A stretch of 64,000 nucleotides of DNA from Pristiophorus japonicus (lineage: Eukaryota). The DNA is taken from assembly GCF_044704955.1 (NCBI RefSeq), contig NC_091984.1:204166001-204230000 (forward strand), in the 5' to 3' direction. The position numbers were made by a program, and so were the translations under genes. How positions within the stretch are numbered: the stretch's first letter is position 1; each line of letters begins with the position of its first letter. The notes under the pieces were generated by a model. That model was not told the DNA's origin, made no database searches, and saw only the letters and a list, made by a program, of their open reading frames with translations. Shown piece by piece: positions 39,726 to 52,357 of this stretch.

Positions 39726-40877
39726 TTGCCTTCACTTGGCCTTTGTAACTTCCCAGACCACCTCCACTCATCAGATGTGGATTTTGAGTACAACATGGAA
39801 AAGTACCTGGGTCCCTCCCACAACAGGCTGTCAGCTTTTTCTGCAGTGAGAAATATTAAAATGCAATGTCCAGATATCCAACAATCTTTGGGGAGCCGAT
39901 GCTTACAGGCTTATCTTTATATTGCTGCATTAGACATCTAGAATTCTATCTGATTTTACACTAAGTTTGTCCCAATCATATTTTCATTGTATTGTGTTTC
40001 ATTCCAAACTCCAATAAAAATAAAACTTAATCTACATTGTGATATGTATATTAGTTAGGTTAAAATGAGCCTTAAACAGCATAGTCACTGTTGAACAACT
40101 GTTTAATGAAAAACTAATTTTATCTTTGTGGACTGTCAAATCTTTCCTTGAATACGATTACGAATTACATAGTTTTAACAATTTTTTTTAAAGTTTATTT
40201 ATATTTCAGCTTCAACCTTAATCCTGTGTGTATATCCCAATCTTTATTTTGCTCTCTAAAATTTATAAAAAGTAAATTAAAATCTGCATTTTACCTTTAG
40301 GTTTGCTGTTTGTGAGAATCCTTTACTGTGATTGGCTGCTCAGTCTGCTTGATGATATCATTGTGGCTGGATGCTGGAGATTCACTTGATTTGGTACCAG
40401 ATTCAAACAAAGGTCGGGAGAGATGAAATTCACACCAGAGATCACTAGATCTTTGTGGGAAGCTTTCTTTGAGATCAGGGACGAGCAGTGTCGCTTTGCC
40501 GTTGATTGAAAATTCTGGGTCCATTCTAAATCCAATTTGAATTATGAGCAGTTGGATGGCCAGATACATGTGTTCCCTGGATCACCGTGTCTTTCGAAGT
40601 TGACCACTCTCGCCACAACCAGAGCTTATTAGCCACTGTCGGATTACAGTAAGGACAGGTGGTGATGTCTGCTACATTCATATGGAGAAGAAAGGAAATT
40701 GCTCTGGCCAATAACACTTTGCATTCTTGTGAAAATATTTTCCCAATTTTTTCTTTCCTGCTTCCCTAATTGTTTTATTTTGCATTCGCCATCTATTTGT
40801 TACTGAAATTCAATTAAAAATATCAATACTAATATAATAATTAAACACGGAAGAGCAGAGCAACAATTTGTTCGAGT

Positions 40878-41192
40878 ATCTTCTTAGGCGGTCCCTCATA
40901 TCGAGGATGACTTGCTTCCACACCAAAAAGGGATGAGTTCACAGGTGTTTCAATGAAGGACCTGACATTCCAGGTCCAGAACTACATATTGAAGGGTGGA
41001 AGATGCCTGTGCGTGGATTTCTTTTAACATGTGGTGGCCGTTGCACACCAGCTACAACACAGGCTTGACAGAGCTAGGTCCTGTTCCAGTGGCAAGGATT
41101 AACCAAGACGACTAGAGACCAGCTCTGCTGCACGGACCTAGTACCACACATATCGCAGTGTGGGCTGGCCCGTGCTGCCCCTGGGTCCACGC
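40878..41192 (-). mobile_element. RTE-tailed non-autonomous element, 5' truncated
   Basis: Colinear with 21020-21310 and 63576-63870. Confidence 0.8.
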
Positions 41193-41547
41193 CCAAGTAT
41201 AAAAATTATAACATGAGATTTCAAACGTTCTTATTGGCTGAATGTTTTGCGCAGACCTAAGAATAATCTTTGATACTTTCAGAAATCTGTGGCTCTAATG
41301 AACCCCGAGCCTACCCTCTGGGTACCTGTGATCATTGCTCTTTATCCAATGTCGATTCCCTACTCCCCGTCACCTAAGGGCTAAATCCTGCTGCTTCTTT
41401 ACCCAGTACCTATACCCTGCACTTGATTCAGTCAGTATTTACACCAACTCTGATGTTACTCAAAGCCCACGCTCTCCCATTACATATTCCCTTTTTCCCA
41501 ATGCACTTGCTTTGTTGTCACTCCTTCCTGCGTCCTTTAACCAGTAT

Positions 41548-41760
41548 TTGTTTTTAATTTCAAAAACATACTTTATTCATAAAAATTTGTTAAATTACAT
41601 TTCAATACTTGTCAACATACATTACAATACAATCCACAAATCACATATAACATTGTACAAATTAAATGCAGTACATGGTACTCAATTTACAGGAAAGTTT
41701 ACATATGCATTTTCATTTGAAGATTTTCTGGTACATGCATTCCAAGGAGTATATTGACTG
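41548..41760 (-). mobile_element. Possible L1/Tx1-type 3' end
   Basis: The minus strand ends ATGAATAAAGTATGTTTTTGAAATTAAAAA; no coding evidence. Confidence 0.3.
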
Positions 41761-41789
41761 CAAAGTGCCCACACTGTGTTTGCTCTGCA

Positions 41790-42110
41790 ATGCCTTTCGC
41801 CGCTGAGCCGAGCCCGGGCCGCCCCGAGCCTCCGCGTGTGGGAGGCGGGCCCTGACGTCAGTTGGCGCGGCCGCTCGCTCGCTCGCTCGGGTTGGGCTCA
41901 GAGGGAGCGGAGAGGTCGGACCAGGAATCGGCGTCAAACTTACCGCCGCTGGAGGTGAGTGTTTAGTTGGAGCCTTGCGAAGGCGAGCGATCCCGGTTAT
42001 CGGCTGTGGGCGAGCAGCCAGCCTAGCGCTGGCGGATGGTGTATGCGGTGCGCGGGGAGAGACTGTCGCCGGGCCTCGGCTCGCTGGCTAGGCCTGAGAG
42101 GAAAGGAACC
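41790..42110 (+). promoter_or_regulatory. CpG island with a probable non-coding first exon (donor GAG|GTGAGT at 41954/41955) of the next gene, possibly CLIP1
   Basis: Strong GC/CpG peak, perfect CRE TGACGTCA at 41853-41860, GC boxes, consensus donor. Gene identity is inferred only from human ZCCHC8-CLIP1 synteny; I found no CLIP1 coding exon in the window. Confidence 0.65.
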
Positions 42111-43408
42111 GTGGGTGGAAACTGGAAATATCGCTGCAGTTGGTGTTGAGAGCGGGGCGGTAATGTTTTAATGTGAGCTGTGAAATTTGTGAGTAAATGA
42201 TGAGGGAGATTCGAGCGAGGGAGCCGCTTCCAGTCCCGGTAATGTTTGACTTTTTGAGTTGAAGCAACCGCGATCGCTTCCAAGTCACCAAACCGCCCGC
42301 TCCACTCTCCCTCTCCCTTGTTCCCCAGTTATTTGTAGACATTTGATTTTTAGCAGGGATTTTTTTTTTAAGTATACACTTTGTTTGGTGTTTATCTCCA
42401 GTGATTTTTGTCTGTCAGATGATCTGGGAATGTGTCACCTTACACACAAGTGCTTCTTTGACTTCAGTTCCTGTCGGCTTCTGCTCTGGTACTTTTCTTT
42501 TTGAAGTATCCACCGAAGCTTTCGAAATTCATAAAATAACTTGCGTTATGACACGTTTCAAAACCATATCCACCAAATCAGATATTTAGTTGCATATCCA
42601 AGCTGCGTTGTGTATTTCCGAGACCGTTTAATGCTTTTGGCACTTCTCAAGAAGTGCGCCGTATTTAAATCAGATTTATTTTAAGATTGCATAATATAGA
42701 AGGTAAGTGGATTAAGAGGCAAAAACACATGGCTCATGTGATCTCCTGGACTGGTTTTGACCAGCTGGTGGTCTTCTGCCTCTTATTTTCGTCTGTTTGT
42801 AAGGGCAGTTTTGGATTGTTTACAGCTGCAGTTACCTCAAGTTTAAAACAAAACCCCTGCCGAAGTCTATTATTGACTATTAAAGAAGATCCACATGTGC
42901 AGAGATATTGTGAGTTAATTGAATTCTGCGCAATTATCACGATTATTTTCTGATTATTAGTATAAAGTTTATCAATGTTACAAAATAAAATCATGATTTT
43001 AAAGGATACTTTACAGCTAGTTCTAAATATGAAATTTTAGTCACAATTTTAAGCTTTAAAAATGAGATAAAACACATACTCTTGTGGTGAGAATGGCAAA
43101 ACAGGTTATTCTCATAGAATTCCTAAATTGGTGGGTGTGTGTATTGGAGCTGCCAAGTGGAAATGAGGTGGTTCCTTAGAGGGAGATCAGTAAAAACAAG
43201 TCTTCAATTTACACTGCCTTTGTACATATTCTAGCAAGGTGGGATCAGCATGTATTTAGAATGAATGACTGTCATCTTTTCTAAGATGGTACAAGGTGTG
43301 GGAGAGTAGCTAGATGAGTAACCTTTTATGTAAAAGAGATATAAACAGAATATGCTGGAAATACTCAGCAGGTCAGGCAGCATCTGTGGGGAAAGAAACA
43401 GAATTAAT

Positions 43409-44099
43409 GAGCCAAAAATTGCAGTCAGAAGCTTCCGACCAATTTTTTTTAAATGAAAGTATCTGGTGATCCCGGAGCAAGGAATACTTGCACTCCGAGG
43501 CCTAGATGCGAAGCCCAGTGCAGAGGCCCACGTATTCCAGGAACGTATGCGCATCCTGGGATCACGTGGGCCTGGATCACCAATCACAATGTAGTACAGT
43601 ATTCTCATTCATAGTATTAGGAGCTCCGAGCTCCCATTACTATCAATGAGGATACCCCTAAAATCCAAATAAAACACAAACATGTTTAAAAAAAACACGA
43701 ATAGAAATTGCATTAAGTTAAATGTTTTAGAGAAAAACAATTTTTGAAATTAAAAAACAAATGTTTTAAGTTTAAAAAAAAATAAACTTAGGTTTTTAAT
43801 ATAAAAATAAGTAATAACATTTATTTTTTCTATCTATTAAAATTCTTGCTGGTAAAAGCAGGCCTTGTGCTTTTACCAGGCGTAAGAGTTTGAAGGGCCC
43901 TCGTTGGGCAAATAGCCCAAATCTCTGCCCACGAAGGCCCTTCTCCCGGGGATGTGTGCGATCTGTCAAGACATTTTGACAGATCGCAAGTGCCGGGTTC
44001 AGGCGCATGTGCTTCACGTGCCTAAACCCGGAGCTTGTGGGGCCCCTTCGGATGCATGTGCACATCGTACACGCCCAGAGAGGTTGCAATTTCAGTGCC
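43409..44099. mobile_element. Harbinger-type MITE inserted in a Penelope-like repeat (43342-43408 + 44100-44130)
   Basis: Imperfect TIRs sharing AAATTGCA; 3-bp TSD AAT (43406-43408, 44100-44102); AT-rich core. Confidence 0.72.
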
Positions 44100-44559
44100 A
44101 ATGTTTCTGGTCTGTGACCTTTCGTCAAAATCAAAAGAGACCTATCATAACTGAGGTGGAACTATCTGGTCTGAGTATTTATAAGATGGAAACTCTGGAT
44201 AGGGAAGAGACACATGAGGGGAAAGAACGAGCTATGGACATGTGCAATAGACCATCAGGATTTGAAAAGGAATAAAAAGCTTGGATTTATATAGTGTCTT
44301 TCAAGAAGTCTGAATGTCCCAAAGCCCATTATAGTCAATGAAGGCCATCTGGTGTAGTCACTTGTTTAATGTAGGAATTGACCAATAAATTTATAGTGAA
44401 ATAACAGCTGCAGTTGCCAAGGGTGATTTCAGTCTACCAGGGATACATTGGGAAATCTATAAAGGATGCAGTAGGAGTAAAAACATGATACTGTACACCA
44501 TATTGGGTTGTTATATGGAACTGTTATTTGATGGGGGGTGTGGTGGTGGTGAAGAGGTA

Positions 44560-46547
44560 CTAAAAGAAATAGAAATGTCAAATAGGAGGCCAGTGATAGG
44601 CTGAGAAAGTTAAAGGAAGACAAAGACAAGGTACCAGGCAACTGCAGAAGTGGACTTCTTATAATGATAATTAAAGAAGGAGCTACTGAAATTGGTCATT
44701 TATTTGCCATTATCTTTAGGGAATCATTTAGCAACAACAAGTATTTATATAGCGTCTTTAATGTAGTGGAACATCCCAAGGCGCTTCACAGGAGTATTAT
44801 GAGGTAAAACATTTGACACGAGCCGTATAAGTAGAAATTAGCGCAGGTGACCAAAAATTTGTTTTAAGGAGCGTCTTGAAGGAGGAAAGAGAGGTTTAGG
44901 CAGTGAGTTCCAGAGCTTGGGGCCTAGGCAACAGAAGGCATGGCCATCAATGGTTGAGCGATTATAATCAGGAATGCTCAGAGGGCAGAATTAGAAGTGA
45001 GCAGACATCTCTGTGGGGGATTGGGGGGGGTGGTGGTTGTGGGGCTGGAGGAGATTACAGAGATAGGGAGGGGCGAGGCTATGGAGGGATTTGAAAATAA
45101 GGATGAGAATTTTGAAATTGAGGTGTTGCTTAACTGGAAGCCAATGTAGGTCAGCGAGCAAAGGAGCACAAGTGAAAACAGGAATAATGTCCATGGTTTG
45201 AACAGTAGCTAACACCAACCTTTAAAAAGGGACACCGGGACAACATAAAACTTCTGGCTACTGAGCCTAATATCGCTTGTGGATAAAGTATCAGAACGCT
45301 TTTAAAAGAAGTTCTAAACATTCAGATAGTTAAGTTATAAGAGGAAATCATCACTAAGGAAATGATGGTCCTTGTTGACGTCGGAAATTCTGTAATCGTG
45401 ATATGTTTAGATTTCAGCAAGGCTTTTATTACTGTGCCGCACACAACTATTCTGCAAGATAGGAATATGTGGGAGAGGAGCCAAGCTTCTGAACTGAAAT
45501 GAAACTAGTGAAAGCAAAGTGTAGTTGACATGGCAAGTGGTCTTTAACAGGGTACCAAAGGATCTGTGCCGCAGCCATTGCTGCTCACAATGATTAGCAG
45601 ATGGAGACAGAAGCAATGCTGGTTAAGTTTGCAAGTGACACCAAAAATGGGGGAAGGGTGTTTAAAAAAAATATGGTAGAGATAAATTTGGTTGCTGATA
45701 GAAGCAAAGATAGAAGTAGCAGAGGCATTGGTCACAATCCTGCAATCCTCATTAGATACAGGAGTAATGCCGGAGGGTTACTAATGTTATACCACTATTC
45801 AAGAAAGGTGAAGGGGATGAACCAGGATACCTAGTCCAGTCAGCCTAACATAGGTGGTGGGGAAGTTACTGGAAACCATTATTGGGGACAAAATAAACTT
45901 TCATTTAGAATGGCATGGGTTAGTCAAGGGGAACCAACGTGGATTTGCTAAAAGCAAATCGTGTCTGACTAACTTGATAGAATTCTTTGATGAGTAACAG
46001 AGAAGGTCGATCAAAATAGTACAGTAGATGTTGTATATATGGACTTTCGGAAGGCATTCGCCAAAGTGCCTCAGAAGGCATGTTTTAAGCCCATGGAATT
46101 AAGAGGAAAGTGACAGTATGGATACGGAATAGGTTCAGTGACAGGAAGCAGAGGGTGGTGCTGGATGGATGTTTTTCAGACTGGGAGGTGCGTTGCAGTG
46201 GTATCTCTCAAGGATAGGTTTTGGGCCCATTTTCAATTTTTATAAATGACCTAGACTCGGGTGTAGGGAGCAAATTATAATTTTTGCAGATGATACGAAA
46301 CTTAGCAACATAGTAGATAGTAATGAAGATAGCTATAGATTTCAGGATGACATAGACAGGATAGTGAAATGGCCATGACATGGTACGATTTTGAAAAGTG
46401 TAGATGAGCAGAGAGACCTTGATGTCGATATACACAAATCTTTAAAGGTGGCAGGGCGTGTTCATAAGATGGTTAAAAAAGCAAACTTTTTGTTAAAAAA
46501 GGTCACTTGATAGAGGTATAGAATATAAAAGAACTTTATAAATCACT
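44560..46547 (+). mobile_element. Old CR1 RT remnants (at least two pieces)
   Basis: GATTTCAGCAAGGCTTT, KFASDTK, AAATCGTGTCTGACTAAC, GACTTTCGGAAGGCATT, TTTGCAGATGATAC. Confidence 0.75.
44730..45170 (-). mobile_element. L2 3' fragment within old CR1 remnants
   Basis: DLHWLPVKQHLNFKILILIFKSLH; (CAA)n tail. Confidence 0.85.
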
Positions 46548-46747
46548 NNNNNNNNNNNNNNNNNNNNNNNNNNNNNNNNNNNNNNNNNNNNNNNNNNNNN
46601 NNNNNNNNNNNNNNNNNNNNNNNNNNNNNNNNNNNNNNNNNNNNNNNNNNNNNNNNNNNNNNNNNNNNNNNNNNNNNNNNNNNNNNNNNNNNNNNNNNNN
46701 NNNNNNNNNNNNNNNNNNNNNNNNNNNNNNNNNNNNNNNNNNNNNNN
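46548..46747. other. Assembly gap (200 N)
   Basis: Run of exactly 200 N; the two sides belong to different repeats. Confidence 0.99.
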
Positions 46748-47071
46748 CCCCCACCTCGTTCTGGACGCCTAATTTGTAACCTGCGCCTGATTTTTTAATG
46801 TGTAGAACAGGTTTTTTCAGTTCTACAAAAATCATCACTGGCTCCATTCTACTTTAGTTTGGAGTACATTTTCACTGTGGAAACTTTCAAATCAGGCGTC
46901 AGTGGCCGGACACGCCCCCTTTTGAAGAAAAAATTCTGTTCTAAACTAGAACTGTTCTACCTGACTAGAACTGCAGAAAAAAAAATGTGGAGAATTGCGA
47001 TTTCTAAAATAGTCCGTTCTCCACCAGTTGTTCCTAAAAATCAGGCGCGAATCATGTGGAAACTTGGGCCC
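46748..47071. mobile_element. Right end of a Harbinger-type MITE, truncated by the gap
   Basis: Ends GTGGAAACTTGGGCCC; repeated AAATCAGGCG motifs in both orientations. Confidence 0.55.
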
Positions 47072-48229
47072 ATTAAAACTACATCTGAAACTGGTTCATA
47101 TATCAGTCATCCAGCTAGTAAACCAATGACCACAGATGCATTCCAGTGTTTGTTTTTGTTCTGAACAGTTTTCTGTGGATGGATCTGAATAATTGTATTA
47201 AAAGTATGCCTAAACCAACTAGTTTAATGACTATTGTCTGATTATATCAGATTTCTGTTAATGAATTTGGCATATACCTGTACAGAACATATTTGTTGCA
47301 GCAAACCCAGCAAAAGTGCTCTGTATTTGAAGTGGTTAATGATTTGTAGAATTTAAATTTCTTATATTTGGTGCCTTGAGGTACCCTATTTTGCTAAAAT
47401 ATTTATTTTTGGTTTCTGAATATAAGCAGAAATGTTTAGTATTGAAAGACCCAACCTATTTGAATAACTTCTCCTTTGTCCAGATACTTTTCACTTCTGA
47501 AGTGTTTATGACTTAAAAGAAGGCATTACAGAATATCCATTTGTTCTTATTTTCTTCCTTACCATTTGAAGTAGACCAGTCTCATTTACTATTGTTTACA
47601 TCTTTACATCTGTGCCCAGCGAGAGTGAGATTGCAATGTTCCACCTTACTAAAGCATAGAAAAAGAGTAAAATAATGAGGTTTGAAGAATGTTCAGTGTT
47701 TCTTGGAAGTAGTTACTTACTGTGCTAATTTGGTCCAAGGCTAATATTTGATGTTTTCCTGATATTAAAATGATTTTCATTGAAAATGGATGAAAAGGTC
47801 AAATAAGATACTAAATGCAAAAACAAATTTGATATTATTTGTCAGTAATTAAATCTGAGTGTGAACAAATACTTCAAAATAATTGAGTAGTGGAAAGCTG
47901 TAATATTATTAATGTGGGCACTTGGAAATGCAGTTATTGTAAATAAGAAATTTAGATAATTTAAATCAGATTATACTTTTTTTATGAAGAGCATGAAAGC
48001 GTGTATGTATGCATTTATGTTCCTGTTGTATAATCAACATTTAATCTTTCTCCAAATGTATAGGTTAATCTCAATTTATCATAGATAATAGTTCTGATAC
48101 AGATCAAACTGCTGCCAATTGGTTTTGCATGTACTCATCAGTATAGATGAAATTACTTTCTAAAGCTCAGTGATATTACTCATACGAAGGAAGATGGGGT
48201 TAGAACTGTTATTTTGACGTACGAGCTAA

Positions 48230-49455
48230 GGGCATGGCCATGAAGGGATTTAAACATGCAAATGAGAGTTTTAAAGTGAAGGATGTTGGGGTACTGGGGG
48301 TCAGTGTATGTCAGCAAGGACATGAGTGATGGGTGAGCGAGGATTTCTTATGGAATAGGATACAGTGTAGCAGAGTTTTGGATGAGCTAAAATTTACAGA
48401 GCGTGGAGGATGAGAGGCTGGGCAGGTGAGCATTGGAATAGTTGAGCCTAGATATGACAAATGAGAGTTTCAGCAGCAGATCTGCTGAGGCAGGATTGTA
48501 ACTGGGCAGTATAATGGAGGTGGAAGTCGGCAATTGTGTTGTAGAGGGTATAGAGTCAGAAGCTCAGCTAGGGTTTTAATAGAATGCTGACGTTGTGAAG
48601 AGTCTGGTTCAACCTGAGACAGTGGCTGAGGAGGAGGGTGGAATCGATGCCAAGAGTACGGAGTTTGTATTGGGAACCGATGATGATGGCTTTCGTCTTT
48701 CCAGTGTTTAAATGCAGGAAATGGCAGATCATCCAAGACTGGATGTCAGATGATTAGGTTGACAGCACAGAAACAGTGGAGAGGTCGAGGGGGTTGGTGG
48801 AAAGTAGAGCTGGATGTTGTTAGTGTACATGCAGAAGCTGACCTCGTGTTTTTGGATATGTCACCAAAGAGTAGCTTGCAGATGAGAAAGAGGAGGGAGC
48901 CAAGAATGGATTCTTGAGGGACTCCAAAGATAACAGTGCAGGGGCAAGGAGAGAAGCCATTACTGGAGATGCACGAGCTACGATTGTATGAGTGGAACCA
49001 AGGAAAGGCAATCCCATTGAGTTGGACCATGGAGGAGAGGCATTGGAGAGGAATGGTGTGGTCAACTGTACCAAAAGCTACAGGGAGGTTGAGAAGGACA
49101 ATCACAATCACAGAGGTGTAACTTTAATTATGGCTGTTTCAGTGCTAGGAAATCTGTTTAGAGAGATTCAAACATGGATTTGTGGGAAAGATGAGCATGG
49201 ATTTAGGAGGCAGCAACACAGTCAAGGACTTTGGAGAGGAAAGGGTGGTTGGAGATGGGGCAGCATTTTGCAAGGATGGAGGGGTTGAGCGTGGCTTCTT
49301 GGAGGAGGTGGGTGATGACAGTAGTTTTGAAATGGAGGGGGACAGTACCTGAGGAGAAAAAATCATCTGTAATGTCAGCTAGTCTGGGGGCCGAGAAGTT
49401 GTTAAATGGTCAGCAGTTTAGTAGGCATGGGATCAAGGAACGAGGTGATGAGTCT
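48230..49455 (-). mobile_element. Old L2-clade LINE RT region (continues at 54921-56220)
   Basis: LLNLPVAFGTVDH...GVPQESILGSLLF; EN-like LLILGDLNS in 55874..56173. Confidence 0.75.
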
Positions 49456-52357
49456 CATAGAAACATAGAAAATAGGTGCAGGAGTAGGCCATTCGGCCCT
49501 TTGAGCCTGCACCGCCATTCAATAAGATCATGGCTGATCATTCCTTCAGTGCCCCTTTCCTGCTTTCTCTCCATATCCTTTGATCCCCTTAACCATAAGG
49601 GCCATATCTAACTCCCTCTTGAATATATCCAATGAACTGGCATCAACGACTCTCTACGGCAGGGAATTCCACAGGTCAACAACCCTGAGTGAAGAAGTTT
49701 CTCCTCATCTCAGTCCTAAATGGCCTACCCATTATCCTAAGACTATGTCCCCTGGTTCTGGACTTCCCCAACATCGAGAACATTCTTCCCGCAGATAACC
49801 TTGGCTTGAGCAGTGGTGCAGCAGGGAGGGATTCAAATTCGTGGGGCATTGGAACAGGTTCTGGGGGAGGTGCGACCAGTACAAACCGGACGGTCTGCAC
49901 TTGGGCAGGAACGGAACCAATGTCCTAGGGGGAGTGTTTGCTAGTGCTGTTGGTGAGGAGTTAAACTAATATGGCAGGGGGATGGGAACCAATACAGGGA
50001 GACAGAGGGAAACAAAAAGGAGACAAAAATAAAAGACAGAAAAGGGATGAGTAAAAGTGGAGGGCAGAGAAACCAAAGGCAAGAAACAAAAAGGGCTACT
50101 GAATATAAAAGGGCTGCAGGAGGGGTAAAAACTAAAAATCATGGTTTAAAAACGAGGATGAAAACACTCTACCTAAATGCACGCAGCATTCGAAATAAAA
50201 TAAATGAGTTGACGGCACAAATCATTACAAATGGGTATGATTTGGTGGGCATTACAGAAACATGGTTGAAAGGTGGCCAAGACTGGGAATTAAACATACA
50301 GGGGTATCTGACGATTCAGAAAGATAGGCAAGAAGGGAAAGGAGGTGGGGTAGCTCTGTTAATAAAGGATGATATCAGGGCAGTTGTGAGGGATGATATT
50401 GGCTCCAATGAATAAAATGTTGAATCATTGTAGAAATAGTAAGGGGTAAAAGTCACTGGTCGGCGTAGTTTATAGGCCCCCAAATAATAACTTCATGGTG
50501 GGGCGGGCAATAATCCAGGGAATAATGGAGGCATGTGAAAAAGGAACGGCAGTAGTTATGGGAGATTTTTAACCTACATATCGATTGGTCAAATCAAATC
50601 GCAGGGGGTAGCCTGGAGGAGGAATTCATAGAATGCATACGGGATTGTTTCTTAGAACAGTATGTAACAGAGCCTACAAGGGAGCAAGCCATTTTGGATC
50701 TAGTCCTGTGTAACGAGACAGGAAAAATAAACGATCTCCTCGTAAAAGATCCTCTCGGAATGAGTGATCACAATATGGTTGAATTTGTAATACAGATTGA
50801 GGATGAGGAAGTTGTGTCAGAAACAAGCGTACTATGCTTAAACAAAGGGGACTACAGTTGGATGAGGGCAGAGTTGGCTAAAGTAGACTGGAAACAAGGA
50901 CTAAACGGTGGCACAATTGAGGAACAGTGGAGGACTTTTAAGGAGCTCTTTCATAATGCGCAACAAAAATATATTCCAGTGAAAAAGAAGGGCGGCAAGA
51001 GAAGAGATAACCAGCCGTGGATAACCAAGGAAATAAAGGAAAGTATCAAATCAAAGACCAATGCGTATAAGGTGGCCAAGGTTAGTGGGAAACTAGAGGA
51101 TTGGGAAAATTTTAAGCAACAGCAAAGAATGACTAAAAAAGCAATAAAGAAAGGGAAGATAGATTACGAAGGTAAACTTGCGCAAAACATAAAAACAGAT
51201 AGTAAAAGCTTTTCCAGAAATATAAAACGGAAAAGAGTGACTAAAGTAAATGTTGGTCCCTTAGAAGATGAAAAGGGGGATTTAATAATGGGAAATGTGG
51301 AAATGGCTGAGACCTTAAACAATTATTTTGCTTCCGTCTTCACAGTGGAAGACACAAAAACCATGCCAAAAATTGCTGGTCATAGGAATGTGGGAAGGGA
51401 GGACCTTGAGATGATCACTATCACTAGGGAGGTAGTGCTGGACAGACTAATGGGACTGAAGGTAGACAAGTCCCCTGGTCCTGATGAAATGCATCCCAGG
51501 ATATTAAAAGAGATGGCGGAAGTTATAGCAGATGCATTTGTTATAATCTACCAAAATTCTCTGGACTCTGGGGAGGTACCAGCGGATTGGAGAGCAGCTA
51601 ATGTAACGCCTCTGTTTAAAAAAGGGGGCAGGCAAAAGGCAGGTAACTATAGGCCGGTTAGTTTAACATCTGTAGTGGGGAAAATGCTTGAAACTATCAT
51701 TAAGGAAGAAATAGCGGGACATCTGGATAGGAATAGTGCAATCAAGCAGACGCAGCATGGATTCATGAAAGGGAAATCATGTTTAACTAACTTACTGGAA
51801 TTCTTTGAGGATATAACGAGCATGGTGGATAGAGGTGTACCGATGGATGTGGTGTATTTAGATTTCCAAAAGGCATTCGATAAGGTGCCACACAAAAGGT
51901 TACTGCAGAAGATAAAGGTACGCGGAGCCAGAGGAAATGTATTAGCATGGATAGAGATTTGGCTGGCGAACAGAAAGCAGAGAGTCGGGATAAATGGGTC
52001 CTTTTCCGGTTGGAAATCGGTGGTTAGTGGTGTGCCACAGGGATCAGTACTGGGACCACAACTGTTTACAATATACATAGATGACCTAGAAGAGGGGACA
52101 GAGTGTAGTGCAACAAAATTTGCAGATGACACTAAGATTAGTGGGAAAGCAGGTTGTGTAGAGGACACAGAGAGGCTGCAAGGAGATTTGGATAGGTTAA
52201 GCGAATGGGCTAAGGTTTGGCAGATGGAATACAATGTCGGAAAGTATGAGGTCATCCACCTTGGGGGAAAAAAAACAGTAAAAGGGAATATTATTTGAAT
52301 GGGGAGAAATTACAACATGCTGTGGTGCAGAGGGACCTGGGGGTCCTTGTGCATGAA

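Noticed and set aside
46536-46847. ORF spanning the Ns
   Set aside because: Artefact of the assembly gap.
50694-52298. 534-aa RT ORF as a host gene or active element
   Set aside because: CR1 ORF2 with an upstream stop and frameshift, a downstream frameshift and a Tx1 insertion.
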